DNA of 64,000 nt. It comes from an uncultured Armatimonadia bacterium. GTDB lineage: Bacteria; Armatimonadota; Zipacnadia; CAVVLO01. The first letter of the stretch is position 1. Every line of letters begins with the position of its first letter. Both the position numbers and the translations under genes were made by a program. The notes beneath the pieces were generated by a model that was given only the letters and a program-made list of their open reading frames with translations, did no database searches and was not told the DNA's origin. The stretch is from the NCBI GenBank assembly GCA_963749155.1, contig CAVVLO010000001.1:736001-800000 (forward strand). The letters are read 5' to 3'. This document shows positions 14,429 to 29,000 of the stretch, in pieces.

Positions 14429-16124
14429 TCAAAGACTTTCGATTGTTCTCTTGAGCACAGTGACCTTGCAGGCAAGGAACTCGCCACAGTGGTTGCCGAC
14501 CCAGGTGGGGAAGGGCGGCAGGTCGAACCGGGTAGCAAACTCATATCCTAGTCGTTCATCCAGCAGCAACTGGTAGTAATGAGTGACGGTCGGGAAGGCA
14601 TCGGGATCCATAAAGAAGCGGTCGGTCAGAAGAGAGGACACGACAATCCAGTCAGGCGAACGCGCAGCAAGCGCCTCGGGAGTGGCGAAGGCAAGCCAGG
14701 TGTCGAGGCGTTGCTGGTTTTCGCGCTGGCGTTTGTCGAGTTCGACCAGGCTGGTCTCTTCGGGGATATTGCGGAACTTGTCATAGGCAAGGGTCAGTTG
14801 TCTGAACCACTCGGGAGAGGGCGGCAGAGAGCCCGTATAAGGTGATTCGATGGTCGGCTGGCCTTCAGGCAGTTCTGGGCCATACCGGGTAATTTCGACC
14901 AGATCGCCTGGGTCAAGTGCTCGAACAAGCCAGGCACTAGCGGCATCACGAGGCTCCCGCACCAGGCAATAATCCACAGTCACCGAGAGAGTCAGTGAGC
15001 CGGCAAGCAACACGGCTGGCAGCACCCAGGCAAATTTTGGGACTCGCCGATACAGAGCTAGATATCCAAATCCTGCAAGCAGAGCGCAGGCCGGCAGCAC
15101 GGGAAGCCGATACCTGTTCACGAAGGTGTGAGTGCCTGCAAAAAGTAGCCAGGTCAGCAGGCCGAAGGCAAAAGTTGGAAATATCGCACCTCTCCACTTG
15201 CGCGCGAAGGCCGCTGGAAGGCCGATTAGTGAGAGCAGAAGCGCAGGGCCGAAGCAATAGGCAAGAGTAAAATCAAGTGGATAAGTGGCCCCCCAGTTGA
15301 AGCCATCCCAGCCGGTCTTCGTCCGCATACTGTTGGCAGCTTGTTGGGCGAACCACTGGGCAGGCTCCACCAGCGCATAGGGGGTGCCGGCAAAGTAGGT
15401 CAGGCCAAAGATAAATATCAGTCCTGCAAGCCGGCGGCCTGTGCGGGCTGGCCAGCGAGGCGATCCTTCGGGCCGGCCGATGAAGTGAGCAGCGAGCAGA
15501 AGCGGGAGCAGCAAGCCGGCGCTCAGCTTGATGCTGGAGGCAAAGCCAGCAGCAAGGGCGGCCCAATAGAGCAAGTCGTAGCGACCTGTTTTAAGGGCTC
15601 GCGCAAGGGCAACCAGGGCAAGCAGACTCCAGAACACCACAGGTATGTCGGTGGTTGCGTAATGGGCGAGGTTAACCTGAAGGGGGGCAAAGGCGAGGCT
15701 TGTGGCGGCGATGGAGGCAGCTGCAAGGTTCCCGGTGATTAGCCAGACCAGCGCGAAAAGAAGGCCAACGCAGGCGATACCCATCAGCGCGCCCAAAAGT
15801 CGCGCGGTCAGATAGATGGCGCGCTCTACCTTTACCGGATCAGCCTGGGCCATAGCAATCGCAGGCGCGGCCACCAGCAGGATACAATAGGTATGGAAGC
15901 TGCCATAGATATAACCCTGAGGGCGAAGACTGCCAGCCGCAAGCATCTTGAGGGCGTTGTCGGGCAACTCGTCGGGGTGGTAATTCCGGTCAGCCGGCAG
16001 GCCCAAGACCCCAGTTCAGGCCGACCAGTTGAAGGCAGGCAGACAGGGCAAGTAGCAGCACAAGCAGCAGCAGGCCGCTGCGGCCAAGAGCTGGTAACGC
16101 TGGGCTAGGAGTATGGACTTCCAC
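14429..16124 (-). CDS. ArnT/PMT-like (GT39/GT83, GT-C fold) membrane glycosyltransferase; frame disruption at ~16005
   Basis: GTG 16124 with GGAGG RBS gives ..LLLLVLLLALSACLQLVGLNWG, continuing in another frame as LPADRNYHPDE (WGLP..HPDE motif), ARLLGAL, AHYATTDIP, AAGFASSIK, RYRLP; many TM helices. Confidence 0.8.
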
Positions 16125-16223
16125 AGGGCCTCCGTCTTATAATAAGGATAGCAAAAGTGACGCATCAGGAGCCTAGTGAAGGGCGGCTCCGGAAAAAAAG
16201 TTCGACAAAAAGGGTGAAACCCC

Positions 16224-16252
16224 TTGCACAGAGAGGGGCGGTCTGTTATATT
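16224..16252 (+). promoter_or_regulatory. rRNA promoter P1 (sigma70-type, extended -10)
   Basis: TTGCAC-17 nt-TATATT with TG at the extended -10 position and A-tracts upstream. Confidence 0.7.
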
Positions 16253-16344
16253 CACCCTCGCCACCGCTGAGGAGCGGAGGCAACGCCGAAAGATCCCTCC
16301 CGCCGAGAGCACCAGTCGGCTTAGGCTGACCGCAAGAAGCGGGG

Positions 16345-16373
16345 TTGACAGGGAGCTTCGGACGGAGTAAAGT
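16345..16373 (+). promoter_or_regulatory. rRNA promoter P2
   Basis: TTGACA-17 nt-TAAAGT. Confidence 0.75.
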
Positions 16374-16387
16374 CTAGTTTTGCGAGA

Positions 16388-16450
16388 CGGCGGCAACGCC
16401 GCGCAAATGCTGGTTGACAATTGCATAGAGGAAACGGGTTAAAGCGTAAT
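16388..16450 (+). promoter_or_regulatory. boxB/boxA-like antitermination signal and 5' arm of the 23S processing stem
   Basis: CGGCG-GCAA-CGCCG GNRA hairpin followed by TGCTGGTTGACAA (boxA-like); 16410-16450 is complementary to 19502-19542. Confidence 0.6.
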
Positions 16451-16493
16451 CATAGGTATTAACACCTACCTCTGATAATATTCAGGGATAGGT

Positions 16494-19484
<2,991 letters not shown>

Positions 19485-19544
19485 CTTACCCACCAGCAAT
19501 AATTACGCTCTGGCCCGTTTTCCTCTATGCAATTTTCACCAGTT

Positions 19545-19662
19545 TTCCTGGCGACCATAGGAGAGGGGAAACACCCGTTCCCATTCCGAACACGGCAGTT
19601 AAGCCCTCTTCCGCCGATGGTACTGCGACGTTAGGTCGTGGGAGAGTAGGTAGTCGCCAGGA
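19545..19662 (+). rRNA. rrf: 5S ribosomal RNA
   Basis: TCCTGGCGAC...CCCATTCCGAACAC...CGCCGATGGTACT...GGGAGAGTAGG...GTCGCCAGGA. Confidence 0.98.
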
Positions 19663-19701
19663 TTTTTTTTGCTCCAAACCGTAGTGTACAGCTACGACTA
19701 G

Positions 19702-19736
19702 CAGGGTCACCTTTCGAGGTGGCCCTGTTTTTGTTT
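19702..19736 (+). terminator. rRNA operon intrinsic terminator
   Basis: CAGGGTCACC-TTTCGA-GGTGGCCCTG followed by TTTTTGTTT. Confidence 0.85.
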
Positions 19737-19843
19737 GTCTCCCTTTTGGCCCCGCAGTTTGCGCAGGAATTGAAGATCACGCACCGAACTTGTTGAAGCG
19801 ACTCCAAAGAGTGGATCTTCGCCGCAGGGAGCAGCCACCCAGG

Positions 19844-21886
19844 TTGTCCAAACTGGCTCGAAGCTTTTTCTCATACGCACTACTTGGCGCTCTCGTACTC
19901 AGTCTTGGAGTGGGAGGCAACGCAGTGGCAGCAAAACTGGAGCGAGATCTAAATCTTACTGATAAGACTTTGGTCGCCTGGGTCAGGCTTGCCGATCTCG
20001 ACCAGCGAGGCGGCAGCGCGATGACCGTGGATAATCTAACTGGCGGCTTCGATGGACTGGTGTATGGAGAGCTGGCCCCCAGGCGCTGGATGCCAGGCAG
20101 CGACCTTTTTCAGCGCACCCCCGCGGCTTCAGTCCAGGAAGCCTGGTCCGAGGAGACTGCAACCCCTGATGAACTGATCCAGATGGCGGCGGTCTACAGG
20201 GGTGGCGAGATATCTCTATATCGTAGTGGAGAGCTTTATGCGCATCATACAACCGAGGCGCCCCTTGCCTTTTCTTCTGCTTTCGCTGTGATTTTCGGGC
20301 TGCGTCATCTGGGCGCTTATGGCGGACAAGTCTACCTGACTGGCGAGATCGAAGAGGCGCGTCTTTATGCGGAGCCACTGACCAAAAGTCAGCTCAGAGC
20401 GTTAGAACTGGGCAAAGCCTCGGAAGGGCGACTCCTGGGTTGGTGGACCTTTGAAGGGGACGAGGTTAAGGACCTGATGGGGAACTTCCCCCCCGGCAAG
20501 CTAGTGGGTGAGGCGCGCGTTAAAAATGGCGCGCTCAAACTTGCAGGGACTGGGAGTTATTGTGTTGTCTCGGCAGGCTCACTTATAGAGCCGATGCACT
20601 TCAGGCCAGCGATGGGAGTCTTTGCCGATCCGATACCTCTGTATGCGAACGGTGAATATCACGTTTTCTATTTGCTGGGTGGGGCTGGCCACGTGACCTG
20701 GGAGCATCTCGTCTCCACCGACCTGGTTCACTGGAAAGAGCTACCGACCGCGCTTGCGCCTACCCTTTCGGAGCCAGAAAGCGCCGATGGGTTCTTTATG
20801 TTTACCGGCAGCGCGCTTGAAGCCGAGGGGCAGTTCCATATCTTCTACACAGGGCACAACCCGCGCAATCCGAAGGGGCTCGAGTTCGTCCTGCACGCCA
20901 CAAGTGATGACCTGATAACCTGGAAAAAGGACCGCGGGTTTGAGCTTGCGCCGGAGGGAATCATCTACAACAACGCTCCGCAGCATAATTTTCGCGATCC
21001 CTATGTCTTTTTCGAGGAGAAAGAAGGCCTTTACTGGCTGGTCGTCATTGGAGATGAGCTCGCAACTGGCAAGCAGGTGCAAGGGTTGTTCGTCTCTGAG
21101 GATCTGAAACACTGGACGGCCAGACCTCCTCTGATTGATGCGCCCGGGCAGGAATGTCCCGACCTCTTCCAGATCGGCGACCTGTGGTATCTGATAGGGG
21201 GAGACCAGTATACCTGGGCCAGGCAGCCCGAGGGGCCATACTACGCAGCGCCAGTTTCAGGCCAGTTTGACAGGCCAGGAGTTTATGCGGCCAAGCGGCT
21301 TTTCGATGGCAAGCGGCATATCTGGTGGGGCTGGCTTTGGGACCGGGCGGGACATAAAGACGAGGGTCAGGGCCAATGGGGCGGCGTGATGTGCCTGCCT
21401 AGGGAGGTCTATGCGGGGCCTGCGGGGCAGCTCTATATGAAGCCGGTAGACGAGTATGTGGCAGTTTTCAACAAAGTGGAAAAGTTATTGGTTGAAAGAA
21501 CAAGGCTGCCTGCGGAGCTTGCGGCGCCGGCAGACTATCTGCTTGAAGCAGAGGTGAAGCTTGCGGCAGGGGCGAAGGTGCAATTCCGGCTGCGCCAGCC
21601 GACCGAAGGCGAAGGGGGCTATATCCTGAGCCTCGATCAGGGCGCGGGCAGACTGGCACTCTCGGGACCTGGCTTCCTTTTCGAGCGGCCTTGTCCGGTA
21701 GAAGCAGGGCAGCCAGTGAAGGTGCAGGCTTTTCTGCTGGGCAGTTGCCTCGAGTGCTTCGTAGACGACAAGTGGGCGCTTTCGTGCAGAGCGTATGACT
21801 TCCGCGAAGGAAGCCTGAAGATTGTGGCTGAGGGCGCCTTTGAGTTGAATAAACTGGAATTAAGGACGCCAGATGGCACTAGCTAG
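19844..21886 (+). CDS. Secreted LamG domain plus GH32 (beta-fructosidase-like) glycoside hydrolase
   Basis: Probable TTG start before a signal peptide; LamG (TLVAWV..GEIEEARLY); GH32 catalytic motifs FADP, FTGS, FRDP, ECPD, YAAK and a C-terminal beta-sandwich. Confidence 0.85.
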   Translation: MSKLARSFFSYALLGALVLSLGVGGNAVAAKLERDLNLTDKTLVAWVRLADLDQRGGSAMTVDNLTGGFDGLVYGELAPRRWMPGSDLFQRTPAASVQEAWSEETATPDELIQMAAVYRGGEISLYRSGELYAHHTTEAPLAFSSAFAVIFGLRHLGAYGGQVYLTGEIEEARLYAEPLTKSQLRALELGKASEGRLLGWWTFEGDEVKDLMGNFPPGKLVGEARVKNGALKLAGTGSYCVVSAGSLIEPMHFRPAMGVFADPIPLYANGEYHVFYLLGGAGHVTWEHLVSTDLVHWKELPTALAPTLSEPESADGFFMFTGSALEAEGQFHIFYTGHNPRNPKGLEFVLHATSDDLITWKKDRGFELAPEGIIYNNAPQHNFRDPYVFFEEKEGLYWLVVIGDELATGKQVQGLFVSEDLKHWTARPPLIDAPGQECPDLFQIGDLWYLIGGDQYTWARQPEGPYYAAPVSGQFDRPGVYAAKRLFDGKRHIWWGWLWDRAGHKDEGQGQWGGVMCLPREVYAGPAGQLYMKPVDEYVAVFNKVEKLLVERTRLPAELAAPADYLLEAEVKLAAGAKVQFRLRQPTEGEGGYILSLDQGAGRLALSGPGFLFERPCPVEAGQPVKVQAFLLGSCLECFVDDKWALSCRAYDFREGSLKIVAEGAFELNKLELRTPDGTS

Positions 21887-24192
21887 TGCAAGATTTGTGA
21901 TTTCTGCTTGTATATTGGTATCAGGTATGGCCTTGGGAGGCGCTTGGGCCGAGATGCAACCAACTGAAAGGGGTTTCTGGACGACCACCTCGTGGGGCTG
22001 GGCGCAGGTAGAGTGCTGGTCAGAGCATGTCCTGCGCGTGCAGGCAGGGCCAGAGGGCACTGGGCCGCGGGCTCCAGGGCTTGCCGTGGTCGGTAAGCCT
22101 GCTCAGGGACCGAAGGTGCAACTCACCGAAAGCGCTCATACAGCCGGCGCGAGCTCGGGCAAGTTGGCTGCGAGTCTGGATTCTGCCTCAGGCAAGCTGG
22201 AAGTACTGTGGGAAGGTGGTCAGCAAGAACTGCAGCTGAGGGTTGGAGAAGGTGGCGATGCGACCGTGGCGCTGCCGGCTGAGGCAGAGGAGGCCTTCTT
22301 TGGTGTGGGGCTGCAGTTCAAGAGCTTGAACCATCGGGGCAAGCGGTTGCAGGTTTATACCCATGGCGGGCCAGAAGCCGACGGGCGCACCCACTTCGTT
22401 GCGCCGATGTATATCTCGAGCGCAGGCTATCTGCTGTTTGCCAATTCGCCCGGGTATACAGAATTCGACTTCGCAGCGGCTGATACGAGTTTGGTGCAGA
22501 TTCAACTGAAGGAGCAGGTGGTTGATTTCTTCTTGCTGGTGGGCGAGGAGCCCAGGCAACTGGTGGCCGAATATGCGCGTCTGACAGGGAAGCCGGCGCT
22601 GCCTGCCAGGTGGGGGCTTGGCTTCTGGTATCGCACCAAGTCCGGCTGGGCAGAGGACGAAGTCAAGGCCAAGCTGCTCAAATACCGCGAGCTGGGTTAT
22701 CCCTGTGATGTGCTCGGGCTGGAACCTAGCTGGCAGACGCATACTTATCCATGCACCTATGTCTGGAACAGGAACGACTTCCCCGACCCGGCCGAGTTCA
22801 TCGGTTGGCTGGACGAGCATGGGTTCCGGCTGAATCTGTGGGAGCATGCCTGGGTGCATAACGAGGCGCCCTTTGCCGAGGCTATCAGGCCTTATTCGGC
22901 GGACAAACCGGCAATGGGCGGGCTTGTGCCAGATTTCAGGCTGCCCGAGGCGCGCGAGCTGTTCGCGAGTTATCATGACAGCGAACTTGTCGCTCAGGGA
23001 GTCGAAGGCTTCAAGTTTGATGAGTGCGATGGGGGCGACTGGTTTTTTCCGGATGACACGACCTTCCCTACAGGCGATAAAGGTTATGAGAGGCGCAATA
23101 CTTACGGTTTCGAGTATCAGCAGCTTGTGACTGACCTCTACAAGGCGCGCGACCTTCGCACCTATTGCCTGGTCAGGGCCAACTTCGCGGGCGGACAGCG
23201 GTTCCCAACCTGCATCTACTCGGATCACTACGACTTCCGTGACTATGTGCGCGCGCTTGCGAATTCGGGATTCGGCGACATCCTCTGGTGCCCGGAGGTG
23301 CGCGAGTCGGGCAATCCAGAACACTTCGCGCGCAGGCTCGAGGTGGCGTTCTTCTCCCCGCTTGCGATGATCAACTCGTGGGCGAGTGGCGAGGCGCCGT
23401 GGGAATACGGGCCGCTGGCAGATGAAGTATTCAAGCGATACGGGCAGCTCAGGATGCGGTTAATCCCTTATCTCTATTCGTGTTTCTACCAGGCGCATCA
23501 GTCAGGAGAACCCGTATTCCGGGCCTTGTGGCTTGACTGGCCGGAGGATGAGGCAACGCGCGAGGTTGATGACGAGTATCTGGTTGGGCCTGCGCTGCTA
23601 GTGGCGCCTGTCTTCGAAGGCACAAGCAGGCAGGTCTATCTGCCCGAGGGCTTGTGGCGCGACTTCTGGACGGGCAAGCGCTATGAGGGACCGGTTCGTA
23701 TTGAGTATGAAGCGCCTGTTGATTTGCTTCCCCTGTTTGTGAAAGCGGGCCAGGTGCTGGTGTATGGGCCAGGGGGAAATTATGTAGGCGAACTGGCCGA
23801 TTCGCTACGCGAAATTGAGCTGACTGCCGGGGCTGAGGGAAATTTCACCCTCTTCGATGACGATGGCGAGAGCTATGCTTATGAACGCGGCCAGTGTCTG
23901 GTGCGACATATGACTTATCGCGAGCGGTCTGGCCAGTGGCGCCTTGGAATCAATAAAGAACAGGGCGAGTGGACTCCAGCCCCAACGCGTTATGTGGTGA
24001 GACGATATGGGCCGATGCCAGGCCAGGTGCTGGTAAACGGCGTGGAAGCAGCCCAGATTGAAGAAGCAGGTGAGCCTGTTACCACGCCTTGTTGGACTTA
24101 TGAACCGGGCAAAAGAGTGTTTGACCGTTTACTGTGGAACTCTAGATAACCAGGAACCACTTGTGATCGCAGGTTACGAGCAAGCAAACTAG
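21873..24192 (+). CDS. Secreted GH31 alpha-glycosidase; probable extra T at ~24121 truncates the C-terminus (ORF as read ends at 24149)
   Basis: YARLTGKPALPARWGLG, FPDP, GFKFDECD nucleophile motif, LRMRLIPYLY, EYLVGPALLVAPV, YLPEGLW. The shifted frame continues KRVLTVYCGTLDNQEPLVIAGYEQAN*. Confidence 0.85.
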
Positions 24193-24196
24193 CTGT

Positions 24197-24226
24197 TTGA
24201 CAGGCTTTGGGGCGGCTCCGTATACT
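24197..24226 (+). promoter_or_regulatory. Near-consensus sigma70 promoter
   Basis: TTGACA-18 nt-TATACT upstream of GGAGG and ATG 24255. Confidence 0.6.
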
Positions 24227-24254
24227 GCCCTAAACGAGTCCCGGAGGAACGCAG

Positions 24255-25073
24255 ATGGCTGACCAAGACCGGCCCGGTGCCATTCCCGTAGAGACCGTCA
24301 CCTACAACCAGCCCAGGCAGGAGCGCAACACTCTGGCCTGGACCTTCGCCTTGCTATTCCTGATTGCGGTCATACTGCTTGCCGTGCTTTGGCTGCGGTA
24401 TGACGCGGCGAAGAATAAACTGGCTGCGGTGCGGCAGGCTCAAATCACTTTCAGCAACCAGCTCGCAACAGCGCTAGGTGGAGAACTTGACCTGGCTCAG
24501 GCAGACGCCGAAGCTTTGAATTATGGCCTGGCGAAAGACAGGCTCGAGGCGCTTCGAGGCCAGCTTGGGGTGCTTTCCGCACTGGCGGCAGGTGATGAAA
24601 ACGCGGCCCAGCTTGATGAAGCCTGGAATGCGTTTACGCAGGCCATCCAGTCCTTGTCGAGTCTCGATCCTGAGGCGCCCGAGAAGCTGAACAAGCTGCG
24701 GACCAAATCCGTATCAGCCTTGCGCGATCTGGCGATGAACTTGCGCGAGCAGGGAGGCGAGCAGGCGGAGGAAGTGAAGTCCTTCGAAGAACCCGCTCCG
24801 CGCCCGCTAGAGCGCCCCGGGAGGCCCGCAACGCCAGAGACGGCTCCCGCAGCACCGCCAGCGCCTGCGCCTGCGGTAACCAACCCGCCGGTGGCGCCGC
24901 CAACCGCGCCGGTCGCTAAACCTGCAAGCCCACCAGTTCCGAAAAACCAGCCGGGGCCTGGCTCAACGCCAGCTCCAGGCGTAGCGCCCGCACCAGGGCA
25001 GCCGTCTGTGCCTGCTACCGCGCCTCCAAGTGGCGCGCCCAAGCCGCCGGCGCCAGCGCCGGCCGGAGTATAA
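24255..25073 (+). CDS. Single-TM helical protein with Pro/Ala-rich disordered C-terminal tail
   Basis: GGAGG RBS; TM segment LAWTFALLFLIAVILLAVLWL; helical middle; about 95-aa PAPA-rich tail. Confidence 0.75.
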   Translation: MADQDRPGAIPVETVTYNQPRQERNTLAWTFALLFLIAVILLAVLWLRYDAAKNKLAAVRQAQITFSNQLATALGGELDLAQADAEALNYGLAKDRLEALRGQLGVLSALAAGDENAAQLDEAWNAFTQAIQSLSSLDPEAPEKLNKLRTKSVSALRDLAMNLREQGGEQAEEVKSFEEPAPRPLERPGRPATPETAPAAPPAPAPAVTNPPVAPPTAPVAKPASPPVPKNQPGPGSTPAPGVAPAPGQPSVPATAPPSGAPKPPAPAPAGV

Positions 25074-25152
25074 ATCAAATTAGCTACAATCTGCTTCTCG
25101 AGCCCTGAAGGTTCGAGGAGTGAAGTCGTCACCTCGCCGAGGAGGGTCCAAG

Positions 25153-25998
25153 ATGAGAGTCGCACTCTTGCTTGCTCTGGCAGCGCTGCTGGTAATGCCT
25201 CTGCTTACAGGTTGTGAGGTGGCAACGGGCCAGCAACCACCTGCGGATTTCACCCAGCCGCCCGCCACTAGTGCAGGGCCTGATGGAGCGACCGGACCGA
25301 ACGCAGCACCGGCCCTGCCAGAAAAATCTGAAGACGAGTTGCTCCTCGAGGAATACGGCTACAACGCCGAGGCGCTGGGCAAACAGTATTCCCAGGTGGT
25401 ATCCGCGGCTGGCTCTTTCACGACCCAGTTGCAGAAAGCGCTGGCCAAGAGCGCGACTGCCGACGCCCTGGAGCCGATTATCGTCTCCAGCGAGCGGGCA
25501 ATTGCGCTGGCGCTTGCAAGCAGGTCCACTGCGCTGCTCGCGACTCAGCTTGCGGTCGCCCAGACCCGGATCGAGGCCGGCGAGCTAACCGAAGCCAAGA
25601 GCGCCCTAAAGCTGGCAAAAGCTCTGGCAGGGGCTATCCCCAATCTGGAGAACGGCGCCGATATAGAGGCGTCCATTGTGCTGGGCCTGAACAAGGTGGC
25701 CGCTGACACTAGGGACGAAGCCGCCAAGCATGTCAGCATTGCCTCCAAGCTTATGCCCCCAGCCGCCGATGAAGCCGCAGCCTTGAAAGCCCTGGAGTAC
25801 CTTGCAGGCGCGAAGCAGGCTCTGGCTGCTGGGCAATCTACAATTGCTTCGGCATATGCAGATCTGGCCATCGCCGCAATAAAAGAAATGAAATCCGTCG
25901 CAGGTGAAGCTGCGCCCGCAGGGCAGGCTGAGGGTGCCGCCACTGGCGCAAGTCTCGCGAAGCCGGTCGAGTCGGCCGCCCCAGTCGCACCCAGGTAG
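25153..25998 (+). CDS. Ala-rich all-helical lipoprotein
   Basis: MRVALLLALAALLVMPLLTG-C lipobox; GGAGG RBS. Confidence 0.75.
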   Translation: MRVALLLALAALLVMPLLTGCEVATGQQPPADFTQPPATSAGPDGATGPNAAPALPEKSEDELLLEEYGYNAEALGKQYSQVVSAAGSFTTQLQKALAKSATADALEPIIVSSERAIALALASRSTALLATQLAVAQTRIEAGELTEAKSALKLAKALAGAIPNLENGADIEASIVLGLNKVAADTRDEAAKHVSIASKLMPPAADEAAALKALEYLAGAKQALAAGQSTIASAYADLAIAAIKEMKSVAGEAAPAGQAEGAATGASLAKPVESAAPVAPR

Positions 25999-26012
25999 CA
26001 GGAGTTGTCGCT

Positions 26013-29000
26013 TTGTCTAAGCCTTTTGTTCATCTGCACACCCACACGGAGTACAGCTTGCTGGACGGCGCTGGGCGGATCTTCGACCTCGTAGCCCGCG
26101 CAAAAGAACTCGGACAACCTGCTCTGGCGATGACTGACCATGGCGTTATGCATGGCCTGGTGGAGTTCTACCAGGAGTGCGTGAAGGCCGGTATAAAGCC
26201 AATCCTGGGGTGCGAAGTTTATCTGGCCATCGGCGCGCGCGAGGAGAAGGTAGGCAAACCCGGCGATTTCAACCATCTGGTGCTATATGCGAAGAACCGC
26301 GAGGGGTACAAGAACCTCGTCCAGGTGGTCTCGGAAGGGCATCTCACCGGTTTCTACTACAAACCCCGAGTAGACAAGGCCTTGCTGCGCGAGCATAGCG
26401 CCGGGCTGATGGCGAGTTCCGCCTGTCTTTCAGGCGAGCTTTCGGTGCTGCTCGCGCGTGATGACAAAGCAGGCGCTGCCAAGGCGCTTGAAGAGTATCT
26501 GGCCATCTTTGGCGAGGGCAATTTCTTCGTTGAAGTGATGAACCACGGCATCGAAGGCGAGCTTAAAGTCATCGAGCCGCTACGCGATCTGGCTTACAAG
26601 TATGGCGTCCCCGTAATAGCCACTAACGATGCCCACTATGTGCTGAAGGAAGACGCGCCCGCCCAGGACTTGCTGATGTGCATAGATATGGGCAAGAAGC
26701 TGGACGACCCCGACCGGATGCGTTTCACGGGGGATAGCTTCTACCTCAAGAGCTATGAAGAGATGCTCGAGGTTACGGGGTATGAAGAAGAACTCGACAA
26801 CACCTTGATGGTGGCCGATAAAGTAGACCTGGAACTAGAATTCGGCGAGATGAGGTTGCCGCGTTTTCCGGTGCCGGATGGCCTGAGTGAACCTGACCAT
26901 CTGCGCAAGCTGACTTATGCCGGGCTTGCGCAGCGATATGGCGAGCGGGCCGAGGAGCTGCGGGGGCAAATAGACTACGAGCTGGATATCATCATCCAGA
27001 AAGGTTATACGGCTTATTTCCTCATTGTGGCGGACTTCGTCCAATACGCCAAAGACATTGGGATGCTGGTTGGCCCAGGGAGGGGGTCGGCGGCAGGTTG
27101 TATGGTCTCCTACTGCCTGGGCATCACGGAGCTTGACCCAACCCGGTTCGGGCTAATCTTCGAGCGGTTCCTTAATCCCGACCGGAAGGACCCGCCTGAT
27201 ATTGATCTGGACTTCCCCGAAGACCGCAGGCAGGAAGTCATAGACTATGTAGTGCGCAAGTATGGCGAGGACAAGGTCGGCCAGATAGCGACCTTCGGGC
27301 GGATGAAAGCCAGAGCGGCAGTGCGAGACGCCGGCCGGGCACTGGATGTGCCTCTGCCCGAGGTGGACAAAGTCGCAAAACTGATCCCGCCGAATAATAC
27401 CTTCGATGAAGCGCTTGAGGCTTCCCCTGAACTGAAGGAGCTTTGCAGCACCAACAAGCAAGCCCATGACTTGATAGAGAGAGCCAAGCAGATCGAGGGG
27501 CTTGCGCGTCATAGCTCCCGTCATGCGGCAGGTATTATCATCAGCGCAGAGCCTCTGGCCGACCTGGCGCCCATGCTGCGAGCTGAAGATGGACAGCCGA
27601 CAGTGCAGTTCTCGATGGACGCCTGTAAAGAGATGGGCTTGCTGAAGATGGACTTTCTCGGGCTACGCAACCTGACGCTGCTCAGGCATGCGCTGGACCT
27701 GATTGAAGCCAACCACGGCGTGAAACTCGACCTTAACGAGCTAACTCTGGACGATGGGCCCACCCTGGAGCTTTTCACGCGTGGCGAGGCTATTGGGCTC
27801 TTCCAGTTTGAGAGCGCCGGGATGCGCAACCTGCTGAAGGACTTCAAACCCGACAGGTTCGAGCATCTCATTATGTTGAACGCGCTGTACCGGCCCGGGC
27901 CGATGAGGATGATCGACCAGTTTGTTAACCGGCGGCATGGCAGGGAGGCTGTGGATTATCCAGCCCAGGTGCTGCAGCCGGTGCTCGAGGAGACTTACGG
28001 CATCATCGTGTATCAGGAGCAGGTGATGCGCATCGCGGCAGAGCTTGCCGGTTTCACAATGAGCCAGGCGGAAACCCTGATGAAGGCGATGGGCAAGAAG
28101 AAGCAAGACCTGATGGACAAGGCGCGGCCGCAGTTCGTCGAAGGCGCAAAGGAGCGCGGGTTCACAGAAAACCATGCCATCGAGATCTGGAACTTGATGG
28201 CCAAGTTTGCCGAGTATGGTTTCAACAAGTCTCACAGCGCGGCCTATTCGCTGGTGGCTTATCAGACTGCCTACCTGAAAGCGCACTATCCAGCCGAATA
28301 TATGGCGGCGCTAATCACCTCGGTTATGGGCAACCACGACAAGCTGAAACTATACATCTCCGAGACTCAGCGGATGGGCCTGAAGCTGCTGCCACCCGAT
28401 ATCAACCGCAGCAACTGGGAGTTCACCACCGAAGAGGGCAGCATCAGGTATGGGCTAGGCGCGGTGAAGGGTTTTGGAGAGGCGGCGTGCCAGCTTATCC
28501 AGGAGGACAGAGCAGAAACAGGCGACTACCACGATTTGTATGAGCTTTGCGAACGGCTGGCGCCAAAGGCAGTCAACAGGGCCGCACTGGAGCTGCTGGC
28601 CCGCGCGGGGGCGCTGGACGGGCTGGGCGGGCACCGGATGCAACTGCTGGCTGGGGTGCCTGAGGCTTTTGCTTTTGCTCAAAAAAGGGCTTTGGAGAAA
28701 GCGGCAGGGCAGCTTTCTCTGCTTGGATTCGCCTCCGAGGAGTCGGGCGAGGCGCTGGTAGACCAGCCGCCACTACCTAATCTGCCCCAGATACCTCCTG
28801 AAGAACTGGCTCAGATTGAGCGCGAATTGCTGGGAGTGCGCTTTTCGTATGATCCGCTGGGCAACGCGATGGCGGACCTCGAGAAGAAGACCCAACTCAG
28901 CCTGGGCGAACTTGCCGAGGCCAAAGATGTGGACCGAGTTGTCGTAGGCGGGGTTATCACCGATGTGCGGACTACAATGACGAGGTCGGAAACGCCGGTA

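Noticed and set aside
24800..25070. CRISPR-like or DNA tandem repeat
   Set aside because: Degenerate Pro/Ala codons without a constant repeat or spacer; no cas genes in the window.
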